Origin: an uncultured candidate division Zixibacteria bacterium
GTDB lineage: Bacteria; Zixibacteria; MSB-5A5; GN15; FEB-12
DNA: 64,000 nucleotides
Assembly: GCA_963806185.1 (NCBI GenBank)
Contig: CAWDXE010000007.1
Coordinates: 512,001 to 576,000 of the forward strand
Direction of reading: 5' to 3'
Shown: positions 1-11,209 of the stretch, in pieces
Layout of the letters: the number at the start of each line of letters is the position of its first letter
Position numbering within the stretch: the stretch's first letter is position 1
Notes under the pieces: generated by a model
What the model was told of the DNA's origin: nothing
Database searches by the model: none
What the model saw: the letters and a program-made list of their open reading frames with translations, nothing else
Translations under genes and position numbers: made by a program

Positions 1-2
1 CG

Positions 3-578
3 ATCGGCATCAATCTGTATTACGCCGACGCGTATTTCAACCTGGCTCTGGCGAATTTGCAGCAGGCGCTCCTTTTCCCGGACCCGGCCCGGTTTGGTCA
101 GGTGGTGGCCAAGGTAGACGACTATTTGCACAAGGCGGCATTAATCAACCCCCGGCTGCAAGCGGGGACGTACGCCGACGGGGTGAGTGCCATGAAGAGC
201 GATCGACTGCAGGAGGCGATCCGGCTGTTGACGCAGGTGCGGGAGAAGAAAAAAGAGGCCCACCGTCAGGAATTTGCGTCGTTCTACATGAAATTCGTGC
301 TTTTCCCGGAGATGATCAATGAGCGGGCAGTGGCGGACCGAATAGATTTTCTGCGCGGTGAGATTGCCCGCAATCCGAACTACGTCGATCTGCTGGTGGA
401 ACTGGCACAGTGCTATGTGGAACAGGCCAAAATTTCGCTGCAACGAGGCATGGAGCAGTATCAAAAGGCCAGCGACATGAATCCATCCCTTGGGCGGATA
501 CGTATAGCTGCAGAGCAGACGAGCGAAATGTACGCGTCGCTCTGTCAGACAGCGGGCAAGATAATTGAGAAAGGATGA
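3..578 (+). CDS. TPR-repeat protein, 5'-partial
   Basis: The frame is open from the window edge (IGINLYYADAYFNLALANLQQ...). It carries TPR-like motifs such as NPNYVDLLVELAQCY and YQKASDMNPS. Confidence 0.75.
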   Translation: MGINLYYADAYFNLALANLQQALLFPDPARFGQVVAKVDDYLHKAALINPRLQAGTYADGVSAMKSDRLQEAIRLLTQVREKKKEAHRQEFASFYMKFVLFPEMINERAVADRIDFLRGEIARNPNYVDLLVELAQCYVEQAKISLQRGMEQYQKASDMNPSLGRIRIAAEQTSEMYASLCQTAGKIIEKG

Positions 579-587
579 TGGACGACC

Positions 588-1367
588 ATGGCCAGGCCCC
601 CACTATCGATAATTGACTTCTTCAACATGGAATCCGCGGTGGCAACGGAGTTCCGCCGGCTTCTGCACAACCTGCGGACGGCGCGGGACGGTGGCGAGAT
701 CAAATCGCTGCTGATCACGTCGTCAATGCTCAGCGAGGGGAAGTCGACCAACTGTATTCTCCTGGCGTTGACCGCGGCCAAGAAGGGGCTGAAGACGTTG
801 ATTATCGACTGCGATGTGCGCCGCCCTTCGATTCACAAACTGCTGGTAATGCCGCGTGACAATGGCCTGACCGAAGTGCTCGAAGGCAAGATGATGGCGA
901 AGAACGTCGTCAAGAAGACGACTCTCGAGAAGCTGGATGTGATCACGGCCGGTCGGGAGACGGCAATGCCGACCGAAGTCTTCGACGCCCGGCAGATCGG
1001 GGCGCTGGTGTCGGAGATGAAGTTCTTTTATGATCTGGTCCTGCTGGATTGCGCGCCGATCATTCCAGTCTCTGATCCGATGCTTTTGGCCAACGAGGTC
1101 GATGCGATCGTGATTGTCGTCAAGGTGGGTGCGACGCAACGGGAGATCGTCCGGCGGGCGTGCGACATCATGCGCAGCCAGTCCAATCGGTTGCTGGGTG
1201 TGATTCTGAATAATATGGAGGGGGGCCTTCCGTCATACTACGACACCAGTCATTACGGCTATTCCTATCAGGCAAATCCCCCAAAACGGCCCAGTACCAA
1301 ACCGACTGACAGGCCGCACGACCGGCACGCGAATCCGGTCGACGACGTGCGGCCGGCCAAGAAGTAG
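588..1367 (+). CDS. CpsD/CapB-family bacterial tyrosine kinase (EPS chain-length regulation)
   Basis: Walker A TSSMLSEGKST, Walker A' IIDCDVRRP, Walker B VLLDCAP and a C-terminal Tyr cluster SYYDTSHYGYSY. Confidence 0.9.
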   Translation: MARPPLSIIDFFNMESAVATEFRRLLHNLRTARDGGEIKSLLITSSMLSEGKSTNCILLALTAAKKGLKTLIIDCDVRRPSIHKLLVMPRDNGLTEVLEGKMMAKNVVKKTTLEKLDVITAGRETAMPTEVFDARQIGALVSEMKFFYDLVLLDCAPIIPVSDPMLLANEVDAIVIVVKVGATQREIVRRACDIMRSQSNRLLGVILNNMEGGLPSYYDTSHYGYSYQANPPKRPSTKPTDRPHDRHANPVDDVRPAKK

Positions 1368-1379
1368 GACGGAGGACAG

Positions 1380-2267
1380 ATGGCCGAAACCCGACCACCT
1401 TGTCTCAACGTTCTGACGGTTGATCTGGAAGAGTGGTTTGTCGTCGAAGCGCTGGCCGAGCGTATACCCCAAAGCGAATGGCATGAGCACAAGTCGACGT
1501 TGATCCCCAATGTTCGTCGGCTTCTGCATATGTTTGCCCGGCGCAATGTTCGCGCGACCTGGTTTGTCCTGGGCTGGTGTGCGGAACTTCAACCGGCCTT
1601 GATGCGCGAAATTGTCGACTACGGCCATGAGATTGCCTGTCATAGTTACAAGCATACGCGGGTGGACACGATGACCGCCCAGCAATTCCGGGAAGACACC
1701 AAGCGGGCGACAGGTGCGATTGCCGAAGCCTCGGGTCTGCGCCCGATCGGTTTCCGGGCGCCGAGCTGGTCGATCAATCAATCGACTCCGTGGGCTTTTG
1801 AAATCCTGGCCGAACTGGGGTATATCTACGACAGCTCGATATTTCCGATCAAGCATGACATTTATGGAATTCCCGAGGGTCCAAGGGAGGCGTTCAAGAT
1901 GACACTTCCGAACAATCGGACATTGTGGGAGATCCCGGCTTCGACGGTTCGATTTATGGGGCAGAATTTGCCCGTTGGTGGCGGGGGATATCTCCGGCAC
2001 TCACCGTATTGGTATTCGCGGTCGATGGTGAAGCGGTTGAATAGCATAGGTCGTCCGGCGATCGTGTATATGCATCCCTGGGAGTTGGACCCTGATCCGC
2101 CGATTGTGCCCGGGTTGAGCGCGACCCAGCGTTTCCGGATGTACGGATCGACCGATACATTTGCGCTCAAGCTGGACCGTCTACTCAGCGAGTTCGAATT
2201 TGCGACGATGAGTGCATACCTGGGGTCGATCAGTCGGCGGCCGATCGGATTCGAACAGGCGGTCTAG
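1380..2267 (+). CDS. Polysaccharide deacetylase, XrtA/PEP-CTERM-locus type (with DUF3473)
   Basis: Motifs LTVDLEEWF, ATWFVLGW, GHEIACHSYKH, GFRAPSWS, YDSSIFP, PVGGGGYLR and YMHPWELDP. Confidence 0.9.
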   Translation: MAETRPPCLNVLTVDLEEWFVVEALAERIPQSEWHEHKSTLIPNVRRLLHMFARRNVRATWFVLGWCAELQPALMREIVDYGHEIACHSYKHTRVDTMTAQQFREDTKRATGAIAEASGLRPIGFRAPSWSINQSTPWAFEILAELGYIYDSSIFPIKHDIYGIPEGPREAFKMTLPNNRTLWEIPASTVRFMGQNLPVGGGGYLRHSPYWYSRSMVKRLNSIGRPAIVYMHPWELDPDPPIVPGLSATQRFRMYGSTDTFALKLDRLLSEFEFATMSAYLGSISRRPIGFEQAV

Positions 2268-2381
2268 GCTATCTCCTTGTCTTTTCGGCACATCCGGCTC
2301 ATCTTTTGTTAATAAATCCTTGACTCTCCCGGGTATAACTATACACATTAGAGCGAGTTCTGAATTACTGAGGAGTACGCA

Positions 2382-3050
2382 ATGAAAAGGCTGCTTGTTA
2401 TCACGATGGCTTTGTTAATGGTCGCGCCGCTCGCCTTCGGCAAGAAGAAACGGGATAAGGCCGGGATGCTGGACGGATCGACGTATCAGGATGAATCTTA
2501 CGGATTTTCGATGAAAGTGAGTGAGAACTGGAAAGTGCGGATCGGAGATGAAAAGGACAAGCTCCGGCTCGTCATGACCCAGAAAAATTACACGACGCCG
2601 CCGCGGTATTTGAATGCCAAGGATTACACCAAGGTGCCGCGAATAGTCATGTTTGTGGATACCACAAACCTTCCGCCGATGACCTTCATCGATTCGCTGA
2701 CGTCGTCGCAGTACAAGTCGGAGTTCAAATCGACGCTGCTCAAGGAGTTTGAGATACTGGCCGAACCCGAGCTCGTGCCGCGCAGCCGGAATCCGATAAC
2801 AATCGGCGAAATCTCGGGTGCAGTCTGGGCCGGGCAGGCGAAGTATGTGCGCGAAATCTCCGAGTCTTCGTCGTCGTCCGGGGGCGTCCGCGTCAATGGT
2901 TCCTACGGTGGCTCGATTGCTGCCGTCAAGGTGGGCAACGTGATGGTGGTTTTTCATATGATGTGCGAGTGGGAGTATTTCGACGCGGTGCAGGGTGAGT
3001 TAATGCAAATCGTCAATTCGATGCAATTGTCGCAGCCCAAAGGGGAATGA
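2382..3050 (+). CDS. Secreted hypothetical protein (possible PsbP-like fold)
   Basis: GAGGAG RBS and an N-terminal signal peptide. The segment YQDESYGFSMKVSENW resembles PsbP-like domain starts. Confidence 0.65.
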   Translation: MKRLLVITMALLMVAPLAFGKKKRDKAGMLDGSTYQDESYGFSMKVSENWKVRIGDEKDKLRLVMTQKNYTTPPRYLNAKDYTKVPRIVMFVDTTNLPPMTFIDSLTSSQYKSEFKSTLLKEFEILAEPELVPRSRNPITIGEISGAVWAGQAKYVREISESSSSSGGVRVNGSYGGSIAAVKVGNVMVVFHMMCEWEYFDAVQGELMQIVNSMQLSQPKGE

Positions 3051-3124
3051 AGCATTCCCGGCGCACATTAATGAAGATAGGCAGGAAGTCCGGCGAATTC
3101 GCCGGTTAGGACGAGGGTAGTGTT

Positions 3125-3502
3125 ATGTGGGCGATACGCGCAGTACTGATCTTCTTTGTGATTATCGTGGTGGTGGCGTTTGCCTATAACAACTCGGGTC
3201 AGAACCAGGTTGTCGACGTGTTTCTGGATCCGTTATATCACGACTTTGTCGATGTTCCGCTGGTGACAGTGGTCTTCTGGGCCTTTATGGCGGGGGTTAT
3301 TCTCTCGGTGCTGTTTTTCATAACCTCGTACGTGAAGCAGATGGTGCAGATGTCGAACGCCCGCAAGCGGGTCAAGGCGCTGGAATCGGAGTTGGCAATT
3401 TTGCGCAACCGACCGATCGAGGAGTCGGCCTCGCTTCTGCGTGGGGCGGACGAGCGCCAATTTCTGTCCGAATCACCGTTTGAGCAGGAGCGTCCGCGAT
3501 GA
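3125..3502 (+). CDS. lapA: LapA-family LPS assembly membrane protein
   Basis: Two TM helices (VVAFAYNN...VPLVTVVFWAFMAG), then the coiled coil RKRVKALESELAILRN. It lies upstream of a LapB-like gene. Confidence 0.75.
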   Translation: MWAIRAVLIFFVIIVVVAFAYNNSGQNQVVDVFLDPLYHDFVDVPLVTVVFWAFMAGVILSVLFFITSYVKQMVQMSNARKRVKALESELAILRNRPIEESASLLRGADERQFLSESPFEQERPR

Positions 3503-4590
3503 GCGACTATCTGCTGGTCTTGTTGATACTGTTCCTGGGGGCGATTGCGTTCTACCTGGTGTATGAGCGGTTTTTGAATCGTCCGCAGGAATCCCAGCAA
3601 TCGCAGTACATCGAGGCGATGCGCGATCTGCTGGATGGGCGGTACGAATCGGCGTTCACCAAATTTCGCCAGGTTGTTGCTGAAAACTCGGCCAACACCG
3701 ACGCCTACTTGCGCCTGGGGCAGATTCTTCGAGAGAACAATCAAGCCGGGCGAGCTCTGCAAGTGCACAAGGATCTGACTTTGCGCACCGGCCTATCAGT
3801 GGCTGAGAAGACAGCCATCCTGCGGCAACTGGCGCTCGATTATCTGGCGGTGGACGACGGTGTGACGGCGGAGGCCGCGCTCAAGGAACTGCTGTTGCTG
3901 GCGCCGCGGAATCGCTGGGCACACATCAATTCGTTGAAGCTCCAGGAGAAGAACCAGCAGTGGGGGGCAGCATACGAGACGGCGGCGCAGATTCTGAAGC
4001 TGGAGGGCAACAAGTCGCGGCAGCCGTTGGCCCGGTACAAGTATATGGAGGGGGAGCAGCTCTACAAGCAGCGCGAATATCACAAGGCTCGGGTGGTTTG
4101 GAAAGAGGCGCTCGGACTGGACCCCAAGTATGTTCAGGCGTATCTGATGATTGGTGATTCGTACTATGACGAACAGCGGTTTGAAGACGCGGTAACGTTC
4201 TGGGGCAAGTTGATCGGGGCGGTTCCGGAGCAGAGTCATCTGGTGATCGATCGATTGAAGCGGATTCTGTTCGAGATGGGCCGATTCGGCGACATCGTGG
4301 AAATCTGTGAGAATATCCTGCAGGTCAATCCGGGTAACGTTTACGCCCGCCGCACACTGGCGGAATTTTTCATCAAGAAGGGTGATCTGGACGCTGCCTC
4401 CGAGGTACTGGAGCAGGTGGTCGAGGAACATCCCGAGGACTATCCGGTAGTGCTCGAACTGATTCGCCTCTATCTCGAGAAGGGGGAGCGCAAGAAGCTC
4501 AATGACTTGCTTCGTAAACTCGAACGGAAGCGCGAAAAACAACAGCAGCCGTCGGCCGATCGAACGGCCGCCGCGGTCATGCGACCCTGA
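3499..4590 (+). CDS. LapB-like TPR protein
   Basis: N-terminal TM, DAYLRLGQILRE..RALQVHKDLTLR and multiple TPRs. No C-terminal rubredoxin CxxC pairs were seen. Confidence 0.75.
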   Translation: MSDYLLVLLILFLGAIAFYLVYERFLNRPQESQQSQYIEAMRDLLDGRYESAFTKFRQVVAENSANTDAYLRLGQILRENNQAGRALQVHKDLTLRTGLSVAEKTAILRQLALDYLAVDDGVTAEAALKELLLLAPRNRWAHINSLKLQEKNQQWGAAYETAAQILKLEGNKSRQPLARYKYMEGEQLYKQREYHKARVVWKEALGLDPKYVQAYLMIGDSYYDEQRFEDAVTFWGKLIGAVPEQSHLVIDRLKRILFEMGRFGDIVEICENILQVNPGNVYARRTLAEFFIKKGDLDAASEVLEQVVEEHPEDYPVVLELIRLYLEKGERKKLNDLLRKLERKREKQQQPSADRTAAAVMRP

Positions 4591-4627
4591 GACGGTCAGG
4601 TTTTCCCCTGACCGTAATTCGTATTCC

Positions 4628-5630
4628 ATGTTGTATGTGCTATGGTCGTTTTTCCTGTTGGTGACTTTGGCCCAGGCCGGTCGCGGACAGGACGTCGTGT
4701 CACTGCTCAGAGCCGGCAATATTGACAGCGTCCGAGCTGTGCTCAACGGCCGGGAGCCAATGACCCTCACGGACGGCAATCTGTTGTATTGTGCCGGCGT
4801 GCTGGAGAGCAATGCGGAAAAGTCGGCGCGGCTTTTCGAGCGGGCGCTCAACTATTCGCCGAGTGAAAGTTGTCGGGAAGAGATGATCGCGCGGATGGTG
4901 GAATATTATTGCCTGATTCGCAATCTTGACCGGATGGCCGAGAAGATCGCCATGTATTTCAAGCAGTACCCCGACGGCGAGCGCCGGTTGGAAGTGGAGC
5001 GATATTCCGTGCTGCTGGCCCAATTGCGGAAAGACAACGACACGGCGATCCGGCAGGCGGATCGTTTTCTGACCGAAAACAAGAGCGGCGAGACGGTGCA
5101 ATGGCTGACGATCGACAAGGCGCGGTCGTTGCAGAAGATGGGTAAGCATATCGGCGCGGAGTAAGATCCTGCGCGACTTGTCCAAAGAGAAGGCGGGACC
5201 GGGCGTGCCGGTGAGTCTCTACATGCTGGCGGTCTCCTCAGCGGAGACCAAGAAGCCGGATGACGCCGTCCTCTACTTCAACATTCTGCAGGAGGGATAC
5301 CCGCTGGCGGTAGGGGTGGACGCGTTGATGGAGCGACTGTCGGGATCGACGGACGAGACTTCATCCGACAATCGGGCCGAACGGTTGACCAGCACATACT
5401 ACTCGGTCAAGGTGGGGGTTTTCTCCGACAAGGATAACGCCGCGGCACTCGTGCGACGGATCAACGGGCTCGTCCGGTCGGCCAAGGTGGAAGTCGAGCC
5501 AAAGGTAATCTCGGGGAAGTCGTACCAGGTGGTGTATGTGGGCCGGTTCAGTTCGTTCAGCGCCGCCACCGCTCTCAAACAGCAGCTCGAAAAAGAACTC
5601 GATGAACCACTTCAGGTAGTTGCGCGATGA
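4628..5630 (+). CDS. TPR-like + SPOR-domain protein, split by a +1 insertion at ~5162
   Basis: ORFs 4502-5164 and 5178-5630 join if T5162 is removed (GAG[T]AAG ATC CTG). C-terminal SPOR motif [14 protein letters not shown]...YQVVYVGRF. Confidence 0.75.
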
Positions 5631-8237
5631 CCTGCACGGGTCCCGAGCAATCGATCACGCCGCTGATGCGGCAGTATCACGCTATCAAGGCCCAACATCC
5701 CGATAAGATTCTTTTCTTCCGCATGGGCGACTTCTATGAGATGTTCGGCGACGACGCGGTCAAAGCGGCACCGATCCTCGGTATAGCCCTTACGTCGCGC
5801 TCGCACGGGAGCCGCCGAACGGATTCCGTTGGCGGGCGTACCTTATCATTCGGTCGACCGATATCTGGCGCGGCTGTTGGCCCGAGGCGAGAAAGTGGTT
5901 GTCGTGGAGCAGGTGGAGGATCCCAAAACGGCCAAGGGGCTGGTGAAGCGGGAGATCGTCGAGATTCTCACGCCGGGAACGGCCACCGTCGAGGCGACCG
6001 ACTCACCCACTGCGCACGCTTTGCCTGGCGGCGGTATTGCCAAGAGCAGAATCGGACGATGGGTATGGCGCTCCTGGATTTGTCCACCGGAACGTTTCTC
6101 GTCGATGAAGGTCCCCTGCATCTGGTCGTCGAGCGACTGCGAGTCATGGAACCATCGGAATTGCTCTACCCCGCATCCGTGGGACAGGATCAAATTCTGC
6201 AGATCACGGGTGTCAGCAAGCAGGGGATGGCGCTGACGCCGCTCGACGACTGGCAGTTTGACGCCAGTTCGGCACGAACGCGAATTGAATCATCAGTTTG
6301 GAACGTCGACGCTCGAAGGGTTCGGCATAGCGGGTCAGCAAGGGGCGATCGCGGCGGCCGGAGCGGTGCTTCAGTATTTGAAAGAGAATCATCGCGACAA
6401 ACTTTCCCACGTCCACCGGCTGGTACCGTTCGACGATGCCGAGGAGATGTCGCTTGATTACAGCTCAGTGCGCAATCTGGAGCTGGACCGTAATCTGGCC
6501 AATGGCACGGACGAGAATACCCTGTTTTCGGTAATCAATCGTTGCCACACACCGGCAGGAGCGCGGCGGCTGAAGCAGAATCTGTTGCACCCGTTCAAGT
6601 CGAAAGCGAGGATTGATCTTCGCTTATCCGGTGTGACCGAACTGGTGAAGAATCGCGATTTCTGTTGGAAAATTCGAGAACAGACCAGGCTCCTGCCCGA
6701 TCTGGAGCGGTTGGCGGGAAGGCTGGGCATAGGGCGGCTTGCGCCGCGGCAGATGCAGGCGATGGGGCAAGGGTTGGCGATTGCGGTAGAGCTCAAGATA
6801 GGGCTGGATGAGTCAAACGGGCCGCTGCTCAAGCAACTTGGCAACGCACTGCCGCGGGAACAACCGCTGGCCGAGACGATCGCACGGGCGTTGGTCGAGG
6901 ATCCTCCGTTGGTGAGCAACAAGGGACATATCTTTCGTCGAGGGTACAGCGACCGTTTGGATGCGCTCAATGATTCGATCCGCGAGGCGAGAGACTACAT
7001 TGGGTCGTTGCAAGCGCTGGAGCGGGAACGGACGGGAATATCGACACTCAAGGTCGGATTCAACAAGGTCTTCGGATACTATCTCGAGATCACCCGTGCC
7101 AACGCCCATCTGGCGCCTCAGCAGTACATTCGCAAACAGACGCTGGTCAATGCCGAGCGATACATCACGCCGGAGCTGAAAGAGAAGGAAGAACTGATTC
7201 TGGCGGCGGAGGAGAAAATCTTCTCGCTGGAATCGGAGTTGTACCAGGCGTTGGTGGAGCATCTCAACACCGAGATTGCCGGTATCGTGCATACGGCCGG
7301 CGTACTGGCGGAAATCGATGTGGTGAGCGGACTGGCGGATCTGGCGGTCGCGGGTGGCTATTGTCGACCGGAGATATACGAGGATCGGCGACTGAAAATC
7401 ACGAACGGACGTCACCCGGTCATCGAATCGGTTTTGCCGGCCGGCGCGTTTGTCGCCAACGACGTGCAGATCGAGGAATCATCGGCGCGAATCATCATTC
7501 TCACCGGCCCGAACATGTCGGGCAAGTCGACGTATCTACGGCAGATCGGTTTGATTGTGATCATGGCGCAGATCGGATCGTATGTGCCTGCGGACAAAGC
7601 TGAGATCGGCATTGTCGACCGAGTCTTCACGCGGGTCGGTGCGCTCGATAATCTGGCCCGGGGACAATCGACCTTTCTGGTTGAGATGGTCGAGACGGCC
7701 AATATTCTCAACAATGCGACGGAGCGGTCGTTGGTGTTGCTCGACGAGGTGGGGAGAGGGACGTCGACGTTCGACGGCCTGTCGGTCGCCTGGTCGGTGG
7801 TGGAGTACATCAACGAATCGGTGAAGGCGCGGACAATATTTGCCACCCACTATCATGAATTGACCGGCATGGCGGCGATTTACCCAAGTGTCACCAATTG
7901 TCAGGTGGCGGTGAAGCGGTGGGAGGACCAGGTGGTCTTCCTGCACAAGATCATTCCGGGCGGATGCGATGATTCGTACGGGATCGAGGTGGCGAGACTG
8001 GCCGGGCTTCCTCGCACGGCGCTGTCGCGCGCCAAGCAGATTCTACGGCTGCTCGAATCGGGCAAGTTCTCGCAGAGCGAACTGGGCAAAGGGATTTACA
8101 AGGACAAGGTGCAGGCTAATTTGTTTGAGGCGCAGCCGTCGGCGGTTGAATCGCATCTGCGCGAAGTCGACCTGGACAATCTGACGCCGGTGGCGGCGTT
8201 TGATCTGCTGCGCAAATTGAAAGAGGAATCCTCGTGA
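5627..8237 (+). CDS. mutS: DNA mismatch repair protein MutS (frameshifted at ~5812, ~6020-6036 and ~6275; probable sequencing errors)
   Basis: [60 protein letters not shown] and ATHYHEL are spread across consecutive frames. Confidence 0.95.
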
Positions 8238-10120
8238 CACTTCCACGGCCGGGCGACAAAGGACAGCGCTGGATTCGACCGCTTCCGGACCGATTGATCA
8301 ACAAGATCGCGGCCGGTGAAGTGATCGAACGTCCGGCGGCGGTCGTCAAAGAACTGGTGGAGAACTCGCTCGATGCGGACGCCACGCGCGTTGACATCGT
8401 CGTCGAAAAATCCGGCGGGAAGCTGATCAAAATAATCGACAACGGGTGTGGCATTTCGGCCGAGCAGATCGAGGTGGCTTTCGGGCGCCACGCCACGTCG
8501 AAGATTTCCGACTTTGCCGACCTGGAGCGAATCATGTCGTACGGTTTTCGCGGCGAGGCGCTGCCGTCGATTGCCTCGGTATCGCGTCTGCGCATGATTT
8601 CCCGGGTGCGAGAGGCGGATGCGGCGACGGAAATCATCTATGAGGGAGGAGTGCTGCAGTCCAAGCGACCGACCTCGGGCGCGCCGGGAACGACAATCGA
8701 AGTGGAAAATCTCTTTTACAATACTCCGGCGCGGCGGAAATTTCTGAAAGCAGAAGTAACGGAAGCCCGGCACATTTCGCGAGTGGCGATGGCGCTGGCG
8801 ATGGGTCGATTCGACGTCGGCTTTTCGTATCGTCAGAACGACCGGAGTCATTTTCGCTTGCCCACCGGGCAGGATCTGGGTGAGCGCGTGGCCGGGCTGT
8901 TCGCGCCGGGGAAAGAGTTCATTCCGATTGACGGTGAGGCCGGGCCGGTGAAGGTGCACGGGTTTATCGGACATCCCGGGTTGGCCCAGACTTCGCGTTG
9001 GGGGCAGTTTCTCTTCATCAACAATCGGTACGTGACGTCGATGACGTTATCGCACGCGTTTGCCGCCGGGTACGGCGAATTGCTGCCAAAGGGAAATTAT
9101 CCAATCGGCGCACTATTGCTGGCGGTGGATCCGGCGGAAGTTGATGTCAATGTTCATCCGGCCAAGACGGAAGTACGGTTATCTCGTGAGCGCGACATTC
9201 ACGACGCCGTCTATTCGCTGGTCAAAGAGGCGCTGCGCAGTCATGGCGTAATCCCGAATTTCACGCCGGGCATCGAGCCCAACGTGTTCACGCCGTCGCG
9301 GATGGCCGATCAATCATACGCGCCGAATCAAGGCGGCCAACGACCGTCGAATTACATCCCCGGCATCGGGGCGTCGCGAGGCGATGTTGCGGATTATCTC
9401 GATGCTTTGCATCGGGCGAAGTCGATCGACGTGCCGTCGATTCAGGAAGAGATTGTCGACACGCAGACGGGCGAGATTATCTCAAACCGACCGCCCATGG
9501 AACGAATGTCGACGGCCACAGAGGCATCCACGGGGAGTCCGGCGCCTATCGGGTCGATTCGACTGCTGGGGCGATTGTCAAATCTGTACCTGTTGTTTCA
9601 ATCGGACGAGGATCTGCTGATACTTGATCAGCACACGGCGCATGAGCGGGTGCTCTTTGAACAAACGCTGGCGCAGCTCGAAGCGCAGGGGAGCGTGGGG
9701 CAGCACCTCCTCATACCGGTGCAGATGGAATTGTCACCGGAGCAGTTGACGCTTTTTGATGAGGCATTGGAAGTCCTCAACAAGTCGGGGTTCGGGGTAA
9801 GTGAGTTCGGCGGGAGGACGGTGCGTATCGAGGCGGTGCCGGCGGCGTTGACGCGCAAGTCGCCGGAGAAGATGTTTTTGAAGATTCTCGACGATATCGG
9901 GTCCTTGCGAAAAGCCGGGTACGACGTGCGCAAGGCGGTCGCCCAATCGGTGGCCTGTCGATCGGCGGTAATGGCCGGTGATTCGCTCACGGAACAGGAA
10001 GCATACGCGCTGGTGAAGAGCCTGTTGCAGTGTCAAAACATGTATTCGTGTCCTCACGGACGGCCGACTTTCGTACGGGTTCGCCGTGCCGATCTGGACC
10101 GTCAATTCGGCCGTGCCTGA
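8234..10120 (+). CDS. mutL: DNA mismatch repair endonuclease MutL
   Basis: NKIAAGEVIERPAAVVKELVENSLDA, GFRGEALPSI, DVNVHPAKTEVR, endonuclease motif DQHTAHERV, ACRSAV and CPHGRP. Confidence 0.97.
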   Translation: MTLPRPGDKGQRWIRPLPDRLINKIAAGEVIERPAAVVKELVENSLDADATRVDIVVEKSGGKLIKIIDNGCGISAEQIEVAFGRHATSKISDFADLERIMSYGFRGEALPSIASVSRLRMISRVREADAATEIIYEGGVLQSKRPTSGAPGTTIEVENLFYNTPARRKFLKAEVTEARHISRVAMALAMGRFDVGFSYRQNDRSHFRLPTGQDLGERVAGLFAPGKEFIPIDGEAGPVKVHGFIGHPGLAQTSRWGQFLFINNRYVTSMTLSHAFAAGYGELLPKGNYPIGALLLAVDPAEVDVNVHPAKTEVRLSRERDIHDAVYSLVKEALRSHGVIPNFTPGIEPNVFTPSRMADQSYAPNQGGQRPSNYIPGIGASRGDVADYLDALHRAKSIDVPSIQEEIVDTQTGEIISNRPPMERMSTATEASTGSPAPIGSIRLLGRLSNLYLLFQSDEDLLILDQHTAHERVLFEQTLAQLEAQGSVGQHLLIPVQMELSPEQLTLFDEALEVLNKSGFGVSEFGGRTVRIEAVPAALTRKSPEKMFLKILDDIGSLRKAGYDVRKAVAQSVACRSAVMAGDSLTEQEAYALVKSLLQCQNMYSCPHGRPTFVRVRRADLDRQFGRA

Positions 10121-10127
10121 ATCTACC

Positions 10128-11054
10128 ATGACAGCTATTCCGATATTATGCGGGCCAACCGGGTCGGGGAAGACTTCGGTGGCGATGGAACTGGCGAAGC
10201 GCTTCCCGATCGAAATCATTTCGGCCGACTCGCGCCAGATAATCCGTCAGCTCAACATCGGTACCGCCAAGCCGACGCCCGACGAGCGCGCTCGCGTGCC
10301 GATGCACCTGTTTGACCTGATCGATTTGGGGGAACGGTACACGGCCATGCGCTTCATTGCCGATGCCTCGACGGCGATAGGGGAGGTATTGGCGCGGGGG
10401 CGAATCCCACTGGTAGTCGGGGGGACAGGGTTATATCTCCGGGCGTTGTCCGAAGGTGTGGTCGAGATCGAGAGCGAAGACATGGCGTTGCGTGAGCGTC
10501 TGGAAGAAGAGGCGAAGGCGCATGGCGCCGACATGCTCTGGTACCGTCTCAACCAGATTGACCCGCTCGAAGCGGCGAAGATTCATCCGAACAACATGAT
10601 TCGTTTGATTCGCGCGCTGGAGATATTTTACCTGACGGGGAAGACAAAGTCGGAGATTACCTCGACAGGGGCATATAGAAGATCACCCTGGTCGTTCGTC
10701 TATCATTGTCTGGAACCGGATCGGGACATCCTGTACGGAAGGATTAACGAGCGCGTGGAAGAGATGTGGGCCGGAGGGTTGGTACAGGAGGTAGAGGGGC
10801 TCTGCTCAGACGGATGGCGCGAACGACTAGAATCGGCGAATGTTATGGGGTATAATGAGGTGTTGGCCTATCTGGATAAGAACATGTCGGTAGACGAGGC
10901 CATTGCCATGCTGAAACAGAACCATCGGCGATACGCCAAGCGTCAGATGACCTGGTTTCGACATCAGGTGAAGTGCCAGTACTTCCGGGATTCGGGGGGT
11001 GCCATGCAAGGACTTGAGACTTCAATTGCGTCGTTTGGTCGGGGTTCACCGTAA
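10128..11054 (+). CDS. miaA: tRNA dimethylallyltransferase
   Basis: GPTGSGKT, ISADSRQ, IGTAKP, VGGTGLY and YAKRQMTWF; located after mutL. Confidence 0.96.
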   Translation: MTAIPILCGPTGSGKTSVAMELAKRFPIEIISADSRQIIRQLNIGTAKPTPDERARVPMHLFDLIDLGERYTAMRFIADASTAIGEVLARGRIPLVVGGTGLYLRALSEGVVEIESEDMALRERLEEEAKAHGADMLWYRLNQIDPLEAAKIHPNNMIRLIRALEIFYLTGKTKSEITSTGAYRRSPWSFVYHCLEPDRDILYGRINERVEEMWAGGLVQEVEGLCSDGWRERLESANVMGYNEVLAYLDKNMSVDEAIAMLKQNHRRYAKRQMTWFRHQVKCQYFRDSGGAMQGLETSIASFGRGSP

Positions 11055-11080
11055 AAAAGTAACAAGCGGGCTCAAAAAAC

Positions 11081-11110
11081 TTGACATGGAATTTCGATGT
11101 TCGTTATATA
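11081..11110 (+). promoter_or_regulatory. Putative sigma70 promoter
   Basis: TTGACA-N18-TATATA in the intergenic region before the MltD-like gene. Confidence 0.45.
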
Positions 11111-11135
11111 GCAATGAGTTAGCGGGGATTCGCGT

Positions 11136-11163
11136 TAAAGCGGGCTTCCTTTTACGCCGATAC
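11136..11163 (+). promoter_or_regulatory. Putative sigma28 (FliA/SigD)-type promoter
   Basis: TAAA-N16-GCCGATAC ending 46 nt before the ATG at 11210. Confidence 0.55.
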
Positions 11164-11209
11164 TACTTGTAGTAGTATATTGTTGGATCGACAGTTATGA
11201 AGGGTTGGT

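Noticed and set aside
5627..8237. Programmed frameshifting or phase variation in mutS and other split genes
   Set aside because: There are no slippery heptamers or long simple-sequence repeats at the breakpoints, and several breaks per gene point to consensus error.
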